Counted from the stretch's first letter, positions 1 to 9,532 are shown. The stretch is 50,631 bases of DNA from Nanobdellota archaeon (GCA_030648285.1 JAUSIC010000010.1:1-50631); one strand, 5' to 3'. Made by a program: numbers and translations. Notes: generated from the letters alone by a model not told the origin.

Positions 1-78
1 CTCTTTCTTTAATTTCTCTTCAGGTCCTTCTTTTTTAGGAGCATAAGAAGCCTCTTCAAATCCCTCTTCATCAGCCAT
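1..78 (-). CDS. 5' end of a hypothetical protein (gene runs off the window start)
   Basis: Reverse strand reads ATG GCT GAT GAA ... = MADEEGFEEASYAPKKEGPEEKLKKE, open to the window edge. No family recognised. Confidence 0.35.
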   Translation of the reverse strand, partial: MADEEGFEEASYAPKKEGPEEKLKKE

Positions 79-159
79 GATTTAGAAATATCCTATGACT
101 TTTTATAATTTTATGTAGAAAAAAGAAGATGTTTGAAATTGATAGATAAATAGGAAAGG

Positions 160-258
160 TTAATGTAATAATCGAAGCCTGTTGTAGATGTTTAAAGTGA
201 TAATAATCGTTTAAGTTGAAAAAGAGGTGATAAAAATATAAATCTTAATTATCTTTTA
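160..258 (+). repeat. Intergenic repeat family R, copy R1 (subfamily A)
   Basis: ttaatgtaataatcgaagcctgttgtagatgtttaaag... matches the 5' consensus TTAATnnARAATTGAAGYCTTTTGTAGATGTTTTAAA shared with 6 other intergenic copies. The distal taattatctttt block is shared with R7 and R8. Confidence 0.6.
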
Positions 259-263
259 TTTTG

Positions 264-692
264 ATGACTATAACAAGATGTGACTTAAATGATGCTTCAA
301 TATTAGAAGGATTATTTAGTGTTTTATACAAACCAGAATTAAAATGGTCAAGAGAGTTAATTGAACAAGAAATTAGAAGTGGGAGGAAAATATATTTTAT
401 TGCTTTAGAGGAGGATGTTTTAGGAGCATTTGGTATAGAACTTGAAGAAAGAGAAGCTAAATTTGGTCCTATCAGCATTAAGCCCCAATATCAAAAAAGA
501 GGTGTTGGTTCACAATTAATTCGATTTGCAGAAAGCCTCGCAAGAGGAAGAGGGTTAGTTAGGATTTGGTGTCATAGTCTTGAAAGATATCACACAGAGG
601 GATTTTATGAATATCATGGTTGGAAAATGGAGAAATTTATAAAAGATTTTTGGGATGGCCAAAACTGTTATTTGTTTTCTAAAGAATTATAA
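264..692 (+). CDS. GNAT family N-acetyltransferase
   Basis: Acetyl-CoA binding motif QYQKRGVGSQLIRFAESLARGRG (Q/RxxGxG/A) and size ~140 aa. The ATG at 264 follows the TTG at 261 used in the ORF track. Confidence 0.85.
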   Translation: MTITRCDLNDASILEGLFSVLYKPELKWSRELIEQEIRSGRKIYFIALEEDVLGAFGIELEEREAKFGPISIKPQYQKRGVGSQLIRFAESLARGRGLVRIWCHSLERYHTEGFYEYHGWKMEKFIKDFWDGQNCYLFSKEL

Positions 693-1247
693 TTATTTAT
701 AATTCTTCAACGCTTCTTTAACGTTCTTCAAAAGCAAGTCCATTGAAGTTTCTAATTGTTCCTTGTTCTTTGTTCCTGTGCAAACAAGCTTTCCATTGCT
801 GAATAACAAAAAAGTAGCATTTGGTTCTATTAATTTGTAAACCAAACCTGGAAATTGCTCTGGTTCATATTCTGTATTTTGCATTTCTAATGCAAGAAAA
901 TTCAAGTTAAGTTTCAAATCAATTGTTCCTGAAGCAACAATATTCTGAACTGTTATTTTTGGCTTTGTTGTAATGTTAACGCTTATTTTTCTTAATTGTT
1001 TTATAACAGCATCAATAACTTGCCTTACTTGGGTAGTTGATTTTGTTCCTGTGCATACAAGATTTCCTGAACTAAATACAAGAACAGCTGATTTTGGTTC
1101 CTTAATTCTTAAAACTAAACCAGGAAAAGTTTCGGGATTATATTCTGTATTAGGTTGTGTTCTTGCCAATTTTGTCAATGGAACAGGCTTTCCTAAAGAA
1201 GCAGTTGCAACGATATTTTGAATCTTATAATTGCTTTTTGAAGTCAT
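693..1247 (-). CDS. tbp: TATA-box binding protein
   Basis: Two internal TBP repeats: IQNIVATASLG...EYNPETFPGLVLRI...LVFSSGNLVCTGTKS and VQNIVASGTIDL...EYEPEQFPGLVYKL...LLFSNGKLVCTGTKN. Confidence 0.95.
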   Translation of the reverse strand: MTSKSNYKIQNIVATASLGKPVPLTKLARTQPNTEYNPETFPGLVLRIKEPKSAVLVFSSGNLVCTGTKSTTQVRQVIDAVIKQLRKISVNITTKPKITVQNIVASGTIDLKLNLNFLALEMQNTEYEPEQFPGLVYKLIEPNATFLLFSNGKLVCTGTKNKEQLETSMDLLLKNVKEALKNYK

Positions 1248-1353
1248 TTTCTTTATAAAGGATAATAAAAAGTGCTTTATAAAGGTTGTTTTTTAGGTTA
1301 ATGAAATTTTCCCTTAAAATTGGGATTTTTCATGAAGGTTTTTAAAGGAAAAA

Positions 1354-1749
1354 ATGGAAAATTATTATATAAATTCTTATAAATCCTTTATTCTAATTTT
1401 AAATATGGTTCAACTAGAAATAGAAGTTACTTCATTAAAAACAATTAAAAAAGTGATTAATCCCATAGGAAATTCAAGAACAGCTTGGTTGATTAAAGAA
1501 ACTCTCAGTCGTGATTATGAACAAGATGTGTGTCATGATGGGGGTTGGGAAGTAGAAGATAGTTGGACATATATTCTTCCTTCTAAAGAACTTTTAGATA
1601 ATAAACTTGCTAAAATATTAGAAGAGAGAAAAAAGGATGGTTGGTGTTTAGATTCTGAAAGTCCTCATTATAGCAAATTATATATGAGAATTGGTTCTGC
1701 TCCTTTATTGTTAGAATATAATTTTGGTGAAGAACAGATTGTAGAGTAA
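1354..1749 (+). CDS. hypothetical protein
   Basis: 131-aa ORF with no recognised motif. Alternative start at MVQLEIE (1405). Confidence 0.5.
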   Translation: MENYYINSYKSFILILNMVQLEIEVTSLKTIKKVINPIGNSRTAWLIKETLSRDYEQDVCHDGGWEVEDSWTYILPSKELLDNKLAKILEERKKDGWCLDSESPHYSKLYMRIGSAPLLLEYNFGEEQIVE

Positions 1750-1753
1750 GAGT

Positions 1754-2203
1754 TTACCTATATTTCCATTTCCCAATTTTCTTCGCATAAGACTTAACTT
1801 GTAATTGAGTTAAACCATATCTCATCTTACCAAACTCTTTTTCCCAGCTTCTAGTTGACTCAAATAATTCTTTTGCATAGCCTTTTTTAATAGCAAGTTT
1901 GTCTGCATCTATTTCAATAGCTTTTTTGAGTTTAGAAGAAAGCCAATAATTAATAAATAAAAAAACATTTTCAAAAAATCCAATTTTGTTTGATTGTTCT
2001 GCATGGCAGAGTTCATGAACTAGAAGCCCTATTTTTTCTTTTTCAGAAAATTTTTTTCTTTTTGTTACAAAAATGACATTAATGATTGGAAGATAAAAAC
2101 CATAATTCCTAAAAATTTTAGATTCAATTATTTTAGGTTTTTTCTTTTTTAATCTTGGAAAACTAGCATTAATTAATTTATTGGCAAATTCTTTATATCT
2201 CAT
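1754..2203 (-). CDS. HExxH zinc metallopeptidase-like protein (SprT/WLM or DUF45-like)
   Basis: Motif LLVHELCHAEQ. Its start overlaps the ligase stop by 4 nt (ATGA at 2200-2203). Confidence 0.6.
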   Translation of the reverse strand: MRYKEFANKLINASFPRLKKKKPKIIESKIFRNYGFYLPIINVIFVTKRKKFSEKEKIGLLVHELCHAEQSNKIGFFENVFLFINYWLSSKLKKAIEIDADKLAIKKGYAKELFESTRSWEKEFGKMRYGLTQLQVKSYAKKIGKWKYR

Positions 2204-3909
2204 CCATATCTCCAGTTTCTTTTCTGATCTGAAAAATCTTTTTCAATGTCTTTTAGAGATGCTATTTCTGATAGTGGTTTGTCTGGACGAAGAGAAACGA
2301 ACCTTGGAAAACGCAAAGCCCATCCTGAATTATAATTTGGAGAACGCTGGATTTCCTGATATGTAACAGAAATAACTACCTTAGGTTTTATCTTTACTGT
2401 TTTTCCTTTCTCTGAAGTAATTAATGGCTTGAGTTTCTCTGTAAGTTCTTTGAAACTCATTCCTTCCTCCTCTTTTTCTTTTATTCCTGTTCCCATTTTT
2501 CCTATTTCTAAAAATTCTCCTGGCTTGTTTCCTTTGCAAGATAAAATAAAACTTGACATCCAACCAGAACGTTTTCCTGTTCCATATTCTGCACCTGTAA
2601 TAACCAAATCTAAATCTCTTTCTTCTGGCTTTACTTTTATCATTTGTCCCACTCTTCTTCCTGGCTGATATATTGCATTAAGGCTTTTCATCATTATTCC
2701 TTCTTGCTGGTCGTTTAGTGCGTTCTTATAAAATTTTTCTGCTTTAGTTTCATCATCTGTTATAATCATTTTTGAAGAAATTATTTTGTAAGGCTGACTT
2801 TTTACTATTTCTCTGACTAATTTTGCTCTTTTTTCAAAAGGTTCATCAATCTGAGATTTTCCATTGAAATATAATACATCAAAAACATTTATCTCAATAG
2901 GAAGTTCTTCCTGCATTTTTTCTATATCATATTTTCTTCTTATTCTCTGGCTGATATGCTGGAATGATTGATACTCTTTTGTTTTTTTATCATAACCAAC
3001 TGCTTCTGAATCTAATATAAAAGAATTTCCTTTAACATATTTGTTAAGATATTCTACAACTTCTGGAAATTGCTTTGTTACATTTTCAAGTCTTCTTGTA
3101 AATAAAATAACTTCTTTTCCTTTCTTATGAATCAACAAACGAAATCCATCATATTTGTATTCAATACCACAAGGTTTTCCAACCATTTCAAAACCTTCTT
3201 TTATGTTCTTTGCCTTTTGTGCGAGCATTACTTTTATTGGCTTTCCAACTTCTAAATGAACTTCTTTTAACTTGTCTAATTTTTTTGTTTTTGTCATTTC
3301 AAAAACAAGAGATAAATCATTTGTCCTATCGATTGCTCTTTGAATCTTGTCTATTGCTTCTTTATCCTCTTCAAAAAATGCTCTTGCCATTGCGTCTCTA
3401 ATAGTGCTTTCCTGAACCCCAATTCTCAAATCACCAATACATGTTCTTATTAGATAAAGAGCTTCAACAGGAGAAGCAGAAGTCAAGAGTTCTGTAATCA
3501 GAGCTAATTTTTTATTTACTGTTCCTTTTCCTATTAATTCAGGAAGTTTTCTTAAATTTTCAAGAACTTTTTCTGTTGTTAGAACATGGCTTTGGAGTGT
3601 TGATTGCTTTTTTTCTTTTGTTAATTTTTCTGCAACTTTTCCCAAATCACCAATTGATTTCCATTCTTTCACAACTTTTTCTTTTTCTGTTCCTGTTGCT
3701 TTTGATATCGCTTGAATTGCTAATTGACTGCTTATTCCGATTTTCTTTTCACTATATTCTGGATAAATATCTCCTTGCAATAAGTAAAGAATTTCTTTAT
3801 CTTCGTTATCTACCTCTCTTAAGAATTTTGAAAGAATTTCTGTTTTTTCTAAACGTTTTGTTGTTGCAGAAAGAGATTCATATAATTCTGCAAGTCTTTT
3901 GTACCTCAT
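2200..3909 (-). CDS. lig: ATP-dependent DNA ligase
   Basis: Adenylation motif I EYKYDGFR (KxDG) and typical archaeal length of 569 aa. Confidence 0.95.
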   Translation of the reverse strand: MRYKRLAELYESLSATTKRLEKTEILSKFLREVDNEDKEILYLLQGDIYPEYSEKKIGISSQLAIQAISKATGTEKEKVVKEWKSIGDLGKVAEKLTKEKKQSTLQSHVLTTEKVLENLRKLPELIGKGTVNKKLALITELLTSASPVEALYLIRTCIGDLRIGVQESTIRDAMARAFFEEDKEAIDKIQRAIDRTNDLSLVFEMTKTKKLDKLKEVHLEVGKPIKVMLAQKAKNIKEGFEMVGKPCGIEYKYDGFRLLIHKKGKEVILFTRRLENVTKQFPEVVEYLNKYVKGNSFILDSEAVGYDKKTKEYQSFQHISQRIRRKYDIEKMQEELPIEINVFDVLYFNGKSQIDEPFEKRAKLVREIVKSQPYKIISSKMIITDDETKAEKFYKNALNDQQEGIMMKSLNAIYQPGRRVGQMIKVKPEERDLDLVITGAEYGTGKRSGWMSSFILSCKGNKPGEFLEIGKMGTGIKEKEEEGMSFKELTEKLKPLITSEKGKTVKIKPKVVISVTYQEIQRSPNYNSGWALRFPRFVSLRPDKPLSEIASLKDIEKDFSDQKRNWRYG

Positions 3910-4667
3910 CTTGTTTTGAAATCAAAATTTAATTCTTTGAGTTTAACTTCTACCTGTGTCTTTTTAGAGAATTCTATGCCCAAATCGATTGATCTTATAT
4001 AATAACTTTCAATATTCTTAATTATTTTTTTACATTGATTAATCACCTGTATTAAATCGAAAGATTTTTTAGAACTCTTTTTAGAGAAAAAAGCGAAGAC
4101 ATGCCCTCCATTATTCCAATTAGAATCTTTTTTAACATATTTTATTTTAAAATCATTTGTTTCTCCTATATCTTTCCAAGGAGGTTCAAAGTTGTAATCC
4201 AACCAAATCATCACTTCTATATCATTTTTAGTTAATTCCCCCTTTTTATTTTTCGTTAGCCAAATATCATATGTAAAATTTGCCAAACCTTTGACTTGAA
4301 ATTCCCATTTAGTCGAAATATTCATTCCAGTGTATTTTTTTACTTGTCCTAACTCAAATCCATTTGTTGGCCCCCAAATACTTTCTCCGAGTCTTATAGA
4401 AGGATAACCTGCGATAAAGTTCTGAATTTCTATATCAGCACACTTAATTGAAAAATCTAAATAATTTTTCTTTTCTTCAATTTTTCCAAGAATATTTTTT
4501 TCTATTCTATCTTCCCTATTTTTTATCCCCCATGTATTAATTAATGCTGAAAGTATAGGGATATAAGATTTATTATTAACTTTTAACTTTACAAATTTAG
4601 AATAACCATAGCCAACTTCAAATTTTGAACCCTCTACTTTTATTAAATTTAATCCTTGGTACTGCAT
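3906..4667 (-). CDS. GH12-like (concanavalin-fold endoglucanase-like) protein
   Basis: YDIWL, IEVMIWLDY (compare GH12 nucleophile motif E[LIV]MIW) and SIDLGIEFS (compare GH12 acid/base motif GTE) occur in the GH12 order. No signal peptide seen. Its stop overlaps the ligase start by 4 nt. Confidence 0.55.
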   Translation of the reverse strand: MQYQGLNLIKVEGSKFEVGYGYSKFVKLKVNNKSYIPILSALINTWGIKNREDRIEKNILGKIEEKKNYLDFSIKCADIEIQNFIAGYPSIRLGESIWGPTNGFELGQVKKYTGMNISTKWEFQVKGLANFTYDIWLTKNKKGELTKNDIEVMIWLDYNFEPPWKDIGETNDFKIKYVKKDSNWNNGGHVFAFFSKKSSKKSFDLIQVINQCKKIIKNIESYYIRSIDLGIEFSKKTQVEVKLKELNFDFKTR

Positions 4668-4705
4668 AAATAGATTAATAATGAGAAGTTTTTAATTGTT
4701 TTTAA

Positions 4706-5287
4706 CTAATAGGATTCTACAAATAATTCATAGAATGCTTGAGGATGCTTGCAAGCAGGACATTTCTCAGGAGCTTCTTTTCCTTCATGAACATAACCAC
4801 AATTTCTGCATTTCCATTTTACTGAATGAGATTTCTTAAAAACTTCTTTGTTTTTTAAATTCTGGAGAAGTTTTCTATATCTTTTTTCGTGCTGCTCTTC
4901 AACTTCTGCAATTTCCTTGAAACTTTCTGCAATTTCCTTGAATCCTTCCTCTCTTGCAACTTTTTCAAAATCAGGATAAATTCTTCCCCATTCTGCTTTT
5001 TCTCCGTTTGCAGCAGCAAGAAGACTTTCTTCTGTTGTTCCAATTTTTCCAGCAGGATATTCTGCTGTTATTCCAACAAGTTCTCCTTCACTTTGATTTA
5101 GATGTTTAAAGAAGATTTTTGCATGTTCTTTTTCATTGTCTGCTGTTTCCAAAAAGATTCCAGAAATTTGTTCAAAGCCTTCTTTTCTTGCTACAGATGA
5201 AAAATAAGTATAACGATTTCTTGCTTGGCTTTCTCCTGCAAATGCCTTCAAAAGATTTTTTTCTGTTTCACTTCCTCTTAATTTCAT
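4706..5287 (-). CDS. rbr: rubrerythrin
   Basis: ETEKNLLKAFAGESQARNRYTYF...NEKEHAKIF diiron four-helix motifs plus C-terminal rubredoxin-like CRNCGY...CPAC. Confidence 0.95.
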   Translation of the reverse strand: MKLRGSETEKNLLKAFAGESQARNRYTYFSSVARKEGFEQISGIFLETADNEKEHAKIFFKHLNQSEGELVGITAEYPAGKIGTTEESLLAAANGEKAEWGRIYPDFEKVAREEGFKEIAESFKEIAEVEEQHEKRYRKLLQNLKNKEVFKKSHSVKWKCRNCGYVHEGKEAPEKCPACKHPQAFYELFVESY

Positions 5288-5364
5288 ATTTATCTTAAAG
5301 AAAGATAGTTTAAATAATTTAGGGATAGATAAAAATATATAACCTTCTTTTATTGAACATAATT

Positions 5365-5925
5365 ATGTCTAAGACAAAAATACCTAATAAATTAAGAGCT
5401 GAGATTTTAAATCGTGATAGTAATAAATGTTTATGGTGTGGGCGAGATATATTAGAGGGTATTAAATTAGAAGTAGATCATATCCAAGCAGAAAGTTTTG
5501 GAGGTTTAACTACTCAAGAAAATCTTGGAACTTTATGCAACGAGTGTAATAATGGTAAGAACAATAATTATTATGGAAATTATTTGTTAATGACTTTAAT
5601 AAAAATTCCAAATTTTGAAAATAGAATTTGTTTCGAAATACTTAAGGAAGGAAATGCTTTTGATAATACAAAATTCAGATATTTTTTAACTTTCTTTAAA
5701 AAGAATAAAGATAATTATTATAGATTAGAATCTATTTATCAAGATTTTGAGGTTGAGGGGGAATTAGGTTACATTGATAAAAGTAATTCTGCGATGATAC
5801 AATTAGATTTAGCTAAAAAAGAAAACTTACTTAAATTTAAAAATAAAATTAGAGATTTCTTAATAGATAATAAAGGTTACTTAGAAGAATTAAATGGAAG
5901 AATAATTTTTCAAGAGAAAAAATAA
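5365..5925 (+). CDS. HNH endonuclease domain protein with uncharacterised C-terminal domain
   Basis: CLWCGR...EVDHIQAESFGGLTTQENLGTLCNECNNGKNN (HNH/ββα-Me). The ATG at 5365 lies ~25 nt after the TATA-like aaaaatatataa; the ORF track starts at a TTG at 5353. Confidence 0.75.
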   Translation: MSKTKIPNKLRAEILNRDSNKCLWCGRDILEGIKLEVDHIQAESFGGLTTQENLGTLCNECNNGKNNNYYGNYLLMTLIKIPNFENRICFEILKEGNAFDNTKFRYFLTFFKKNKDNYYRLESIYQDFEVEGELGYIDKSNSAMIQLDLAKKENLLKFKNKIRDFLIDNKGYLEELNGRIIFQEKK

Positions 5926-6441
5926 TTATCTTCTGAATGCAAATGATTTTTTTCCTGCACTTGTCAATCCTCTCAATGCTCTTTTCTTGTTTGCAGGATT
6001 AAGCATCCAGCTAAAATTCTTGTCATTCTTTATTTCTGGCTTGCTTGTATCTATACAAATTACTTCATAGAAATAATTCATCCCGTCTTTTCCTATTTGA
6101 TATGAATTTAAAATTTCAAGATTTTTGTATCTATGTGCAACTCTTTGCTCTGCAATTTCCTTGTAATTTAACTGAAGATTTTTTCTTGTATGAAGTCTCT
6201 TGCTTCTTCTTCCTTTGTTTGGACGAGTTCTTTTATGTCCTCCTCTCATTATTCTGACTCTTATTACTATGACTCCTTTCTTGTCTTTGTAACCAAGAGC
6301 TCTTGCTCTGTCTAATCTTAAAGGCTTGTCAACTTTTGTGAAAACTCCAGATTTTCTCCATCCAATCATTCTTTGTCTTAATGTTTTTACATCTGGTTTT
6401 TTCCATGCTTGCTTGATATAATGATACATTCCTTGTGCCAT
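5926..6441 (-). CDS. rpl15e: 50S ribosomal protein L15e
   Basis: N-terminus MAQGMYHYIKQAWKKP and basic RGGHKRTRPNKGRRSKR core typical of L15e. Confidence 0.9.
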   Translation of the reverse strand: MAQGMYHYIKQAWKKPDVKTLRQRMIGWRKSGVFTKVDKPLRLDRARALGYKDKKGVIVIRVRIMRGGHKRTRPNKGRRSKRLHTRKNLQLNYKEIAEQRVAHRYKNLEILNSYQIGKDGMNYFYEVICIDTSKPEIKNDKNFSWMLNPANKKRALRGLTSAGKKSFAFRR

Positions 6442-6530
6442 ACTTTATTTAGAAAAAAATGATTTAAAAAGGTTGGGGTTTTGGTTTAAGAAAACTTTTA
6501 AATAAGGATTGTTTTATCTCAAGATGATAT

Positions 6531-6605
6531 GAGGCTGTAGCTCAGCCTGGCTAGAGCACTGCTCTGATAAGGCAGGGGTCCAAGGTTCGAATCCTTGCAG
6601 CCTCA
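6531..6605 (+). tRNA. tRNA-Ile (anticodon GAT)
   Basis: Cloverleaf folded by hand: acceptor GAGGCTG/CAGCCTC, D arm GCTC-AGCCTGGCTA-GAGC, anticodon arm CTGCT-CTGATAA-GGCAG, T arm CAAGG-TTCGAAT-CCTTG, discriminator A. Confidence 0.93.
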
Positions 6606-6618
6606 TATAGTATTATAA

Positions 6619-7281
6619 TTATTTCCCAAATCTTCTCTCTCTTTTGTTAAATTCTTCAATTGCCTCAATTAAATCTTGCTTTTCAAATTCGGGCCAAAGT
6701 TTGTCAAGAAAAATCCATTCTGAATAAACAGACTGCCAAGGAAGAAAATTGCTTGTTCTTTTTTCACCGCCTGTTCTTATTATAAAATCAGGAGAATCAG
6801 GCATCCATAAATAATCCTGAAAATTTTCTTCATTAATTTCTTTATTTTCTGAAATAATTTTTTTTACTGCATCTATTATTTCCTGTCTTCCCCCATAAGC
6901 AACTGCAAAAGTTATAAAAAATTTATCATTATTTTTTGTTTTTTCCTCAATCTCTTTCATCAGGTTTTGCAAATCTTTTCCTAATAACTCTCTTTGTCCA
7001 ATAAACTTTATTTTTATCTTTCTTTCTTCTAATCTTTTATCCTCTTTTAATTTTCTCAATTCTTTATCAAATATCTTCATTAGGTATGCAACCTCTTTTT
7101 CAGAACGCTTTAAATTTTCTATTGAGAGAGCATATAATGTAAGTTGTTTAACATTTAACTCATCACACCAATCAAATAACTTTTCTACCCTTTCTGCACC
7201 TGATTCATGTCCTTTCCAAGGCTCTTTTAATATTTTTTTTGCAAATCTTCTGTTTCCATCAATGATAATTGCAATATGCAT
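6619..7281 (-). CDS. uppS: undecaprenyl (cis-prenyl) diphosphate synthase
   Basis: MHIAIIIDGNRRFAKK (H-x-A-x-I-x-DGNRR motif) and IRTGGEKRTSNFLPWQS. Confidence 0.95.
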   Translation of the reverse strand: MHIAIIIDGNRRFAKKILKEPWKGHESGAERVEKLFDWCDELNVKQLTLYALSIENLKRSEKEVAYLMKIFDKELRKLKEDKRLEERKIKIKFIGQRELLGKDLQNLMKEIEEKTKNNDKFFITFAVAYGGRQEIIDAVKKIISENKEINEENFQDYLWMPDSPDFIIRTGGEKRTSNFLPWQSVYSEWIFLDKLWPEFEKQDLIEAIEEFNKRERRFGK

Positions 7282-7315
7282 GATTTCCTTAATAACGACT
7301 GGTTTTAAAATCTTT

Positions 7316-7975
7316 TTATGCCTTTAATTCAAGAATTAATTTTTCATCTAAAAAATCATAATCAATAAGAGGGAGATTTATCGGAATTATTTTAAAATAA
7401 GCTTTGTCTTTTGCTATTGCTCTTATTTCTATGCTATTCTCTAATTTAACTATAGACACGTCTTCAATAGAAGAAACTCCTGTCAGTTCAATTTCATAAA
7501 CTATTTTTTTTGATAATCTTCTTAAACTTGTTTTTGGCTCTTCTTTTGAAAGGCTGAGAAACTTCTTTGTTTTAATATCTGAGAAAAGTCTTGGTTCTGC
7601 TTCTTTCACTTTTTTGCTTTTTTTTGCTTTTTCATCTCCAAAATAACTTACCGAGACTTTTGGAGGAGCATTTCCCGATGAAGAAATGTTAATACTTATC
7701 CCGTTTTTTACAAGTCCTGTTTTTCTTTTATCTTGATCTTGAATCGCACTTGTTTTATTTAATTCAGCCATTTCCTTATTTAAAGAATTCATAAGAGAAT
7801 TGAAAATTGTATTAAATCCGAATGGAAGCTTTATCTCATTGTTTTTATTGACTAAATCATTCTTTCCAAGCATCCCCCAATCTTCTTCTCTATTTTCAAT
7901 TATGTTGCCGCAGTAAGGACAAAATTCATATACCCCTTTTATTCTCTTTCCGCATTTTGAACAATTCTTTTTCAT
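7316..7975 (-). CDS. zinc-ribbon protein with Hsp20/alpha-crystallin-like C-terminal domain
   Basis: N-terminal CSKCGKRIKGVYEFCPYCG. The C-terminus YEIELTGVSSIEDVSIVKLENSIEIRA...LILELK looks like an Hsp20-type β-sandwich. Confidence 0.55.
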   Translation of the reverse strand: MKKNCSKCGKRIKGVYEFCPYCGNIIENREEDWGMLGKNDLVNKNNEIKLPFGFNTIFNSLMNSLNKEMAELNKTSAIQDQDKRKTGLVKNGISINISSSGNAPPKVSVSYFGDEKAKKSKKVKEAEPRLFSDIKTKKFLSLSKEEPKTSLRRLSKKIVYEIELTGVSSIEDVSIVKLENSIEIRAIAKDKAYFKIIPINLPLIDYDFLDEKLILELKA

Positions 7976-8005
7976 CTTTTGTACAGAGGAATTTAATTTA
8001 AAAAT

Positions 8006-9427
8006 TTAATGTTTTTTCTTCTTTATTTTAAAGATATTAACTATTTCAAAAATCCCCCCAAGAATAAACTCAAACTGCTTTAAAAGTACAAAGGGATGCT
8101 TGAATTCATGAACCTCTTTTACTTCTTTTATCATTGGAATAAATATTAATGAAGCAAGCAATCTTACTACTCCTGAAACAAGGAAAATAAAAAGCAAATG
8201 ATTCATGAATTTTATGGTTATAAACTGAGCCATAAAACCTCCGACAATTCCTCCTAAGAAAAGTCCAATGCCCACCATTAAATTGAGATATGCAACACAG
8301 ATTGCTCTTCTTGCAGGAGTTACTGAATCATAAATAAAATTTGAAACAGCGAGATTAAATCCTGCCCAACCAATTCCTCCTATTAATTGAGGAACAAGCA
8401 TCAAATAAATTGGTGATGGAGAAAAAATCCAAAAAATAGGAAGAAATGGGATTATATAACCACAAAGTGCCAAAATTTTTCTGTTCCCAAACTTATCTGA
8501 GAATTTCCCCCATATTCCCATTGTCAATAGAGCAAAAACAGTTGAAGAAATATTTACTAATGTATATGTTATATAACTAAAATTCAAATCTTTCAGCATA
8601 TAAACTGCGAAGAACGGGCCTGCAACCTGCACTCCGAAATACATCAATGCAATATAAATCGTGAATCTTCCAAAATTATTTTTAGGAGCCTTTTTTATAA
8701 AATCTAGAAAACTAAAATAATATCCATCGTCGAGGTTTAATTTTGGATCATAATGTTTTGTAAATAGATAAGCAGAAACCAATCTGAATATGAATGCAAC
8801 AAAGAATAAAAGTGCAAATCCTAAAAGAACAATTCCTTTTGTTTTGAATAAGTCCAATAAAAATGCAGCACCAAGAGTTGCTACAAGACCAACTATTCCT
8901 GCAACACGATTTCTTTTTCCAAAATATTTTCCACGAATCTTATTTGGAACAATATCTCCTAACATTGAAAACCAAGCAGGTGCTCCGATGGAACCAAATA
9001 TAGCATAGATTGAATAGAATGCTATTAATGCAATAGGAAGATATTCGAGAAACATTCCTTTTTGGAATAAAAATGCAAGAATCAGAATAGGAATCCACAT
9101 TATTGCACTAAGTGCAGTTCCAACAATCACAATCTTTTTTCTTGGAAATTTTTCCATTAATCTGCTTCCTTTTATTTGTGCCAACGGACCAATAAGTCCT
9201 GTTAAACTTCCCAATATACCAATATAGAAATTATTAAAAATAGTTTTTGTAGGAGTATTCCAGCTTAAAGCATAAGGTGTTATGTAAGTATCCCCAAAAC
9301 TAGCCATTACTGTTGAAGTTGCAGCTTCTTTTATGGAAACCTTCATTGTTTTTTCTTTTTCATAATCTTCATTGACTTTTTTTTCGTCTTTTTTTTCACT
9401 TAGAAATGGGTTTGTCTCTTTTTCCAT
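8006..9427 (-). CDS. MFS transporter
   Basis: 473 aa with ~12 predicted hydrophobic helices and an MFS-like loop GDIVPNKIRGKYFGKRN. Confidence 0.8.
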   Translation of the reverse strand: MEKETNPFLSEKKDEKKVNEDYEKEKTMKVSIKEAATSTVMASFGDTYITPYALSWNTPTKTIFNNFYIGILGSLTGLIGPLAQIKGSRLMEKFPRKKIVIVGTALSAIMWIPILILAFLFQKGMFLEYLPIALIAFYSIYAIFGSIGAPAWFSMLGDIVPNKIRGKYFGKRNRVAGIVGLVATLGAAFLLDLFKTKGIVLLGFALLFFVAFIFRLVSAYLFTKHYDPKLNLDDGYYFSFLDFIKKAPKNNFGRFTIYIALMYFGVQVAGPFFAVYMLKDLNFSYITYTLVNISSTVFALLTMGIWGKFSDKFGNRKILALCGYIIPFLPIFWIFSPSPIYLMLVPQLIGGIGWAGFNLAVSNFIYDSVTPARRAICVAYLNLMVGIGLFLGGIVGGFMAQFITIKFMNHLLFIFLVSGVVRLLASLIFIPMIKEVKEVHEFKHPFVLLKQFEFILGGIFEIVNIFKIKKKKH

Positions 9428-9532
9428 ATTGAATTTTATGCTTTTTTATTTTTAAAGGTTTAGAATGGGAAAAAATAGTCAATGCGCCTACCTGACGCAC
9501 TCACTCAAGCATATATGGATTAGCCTCGTGAA

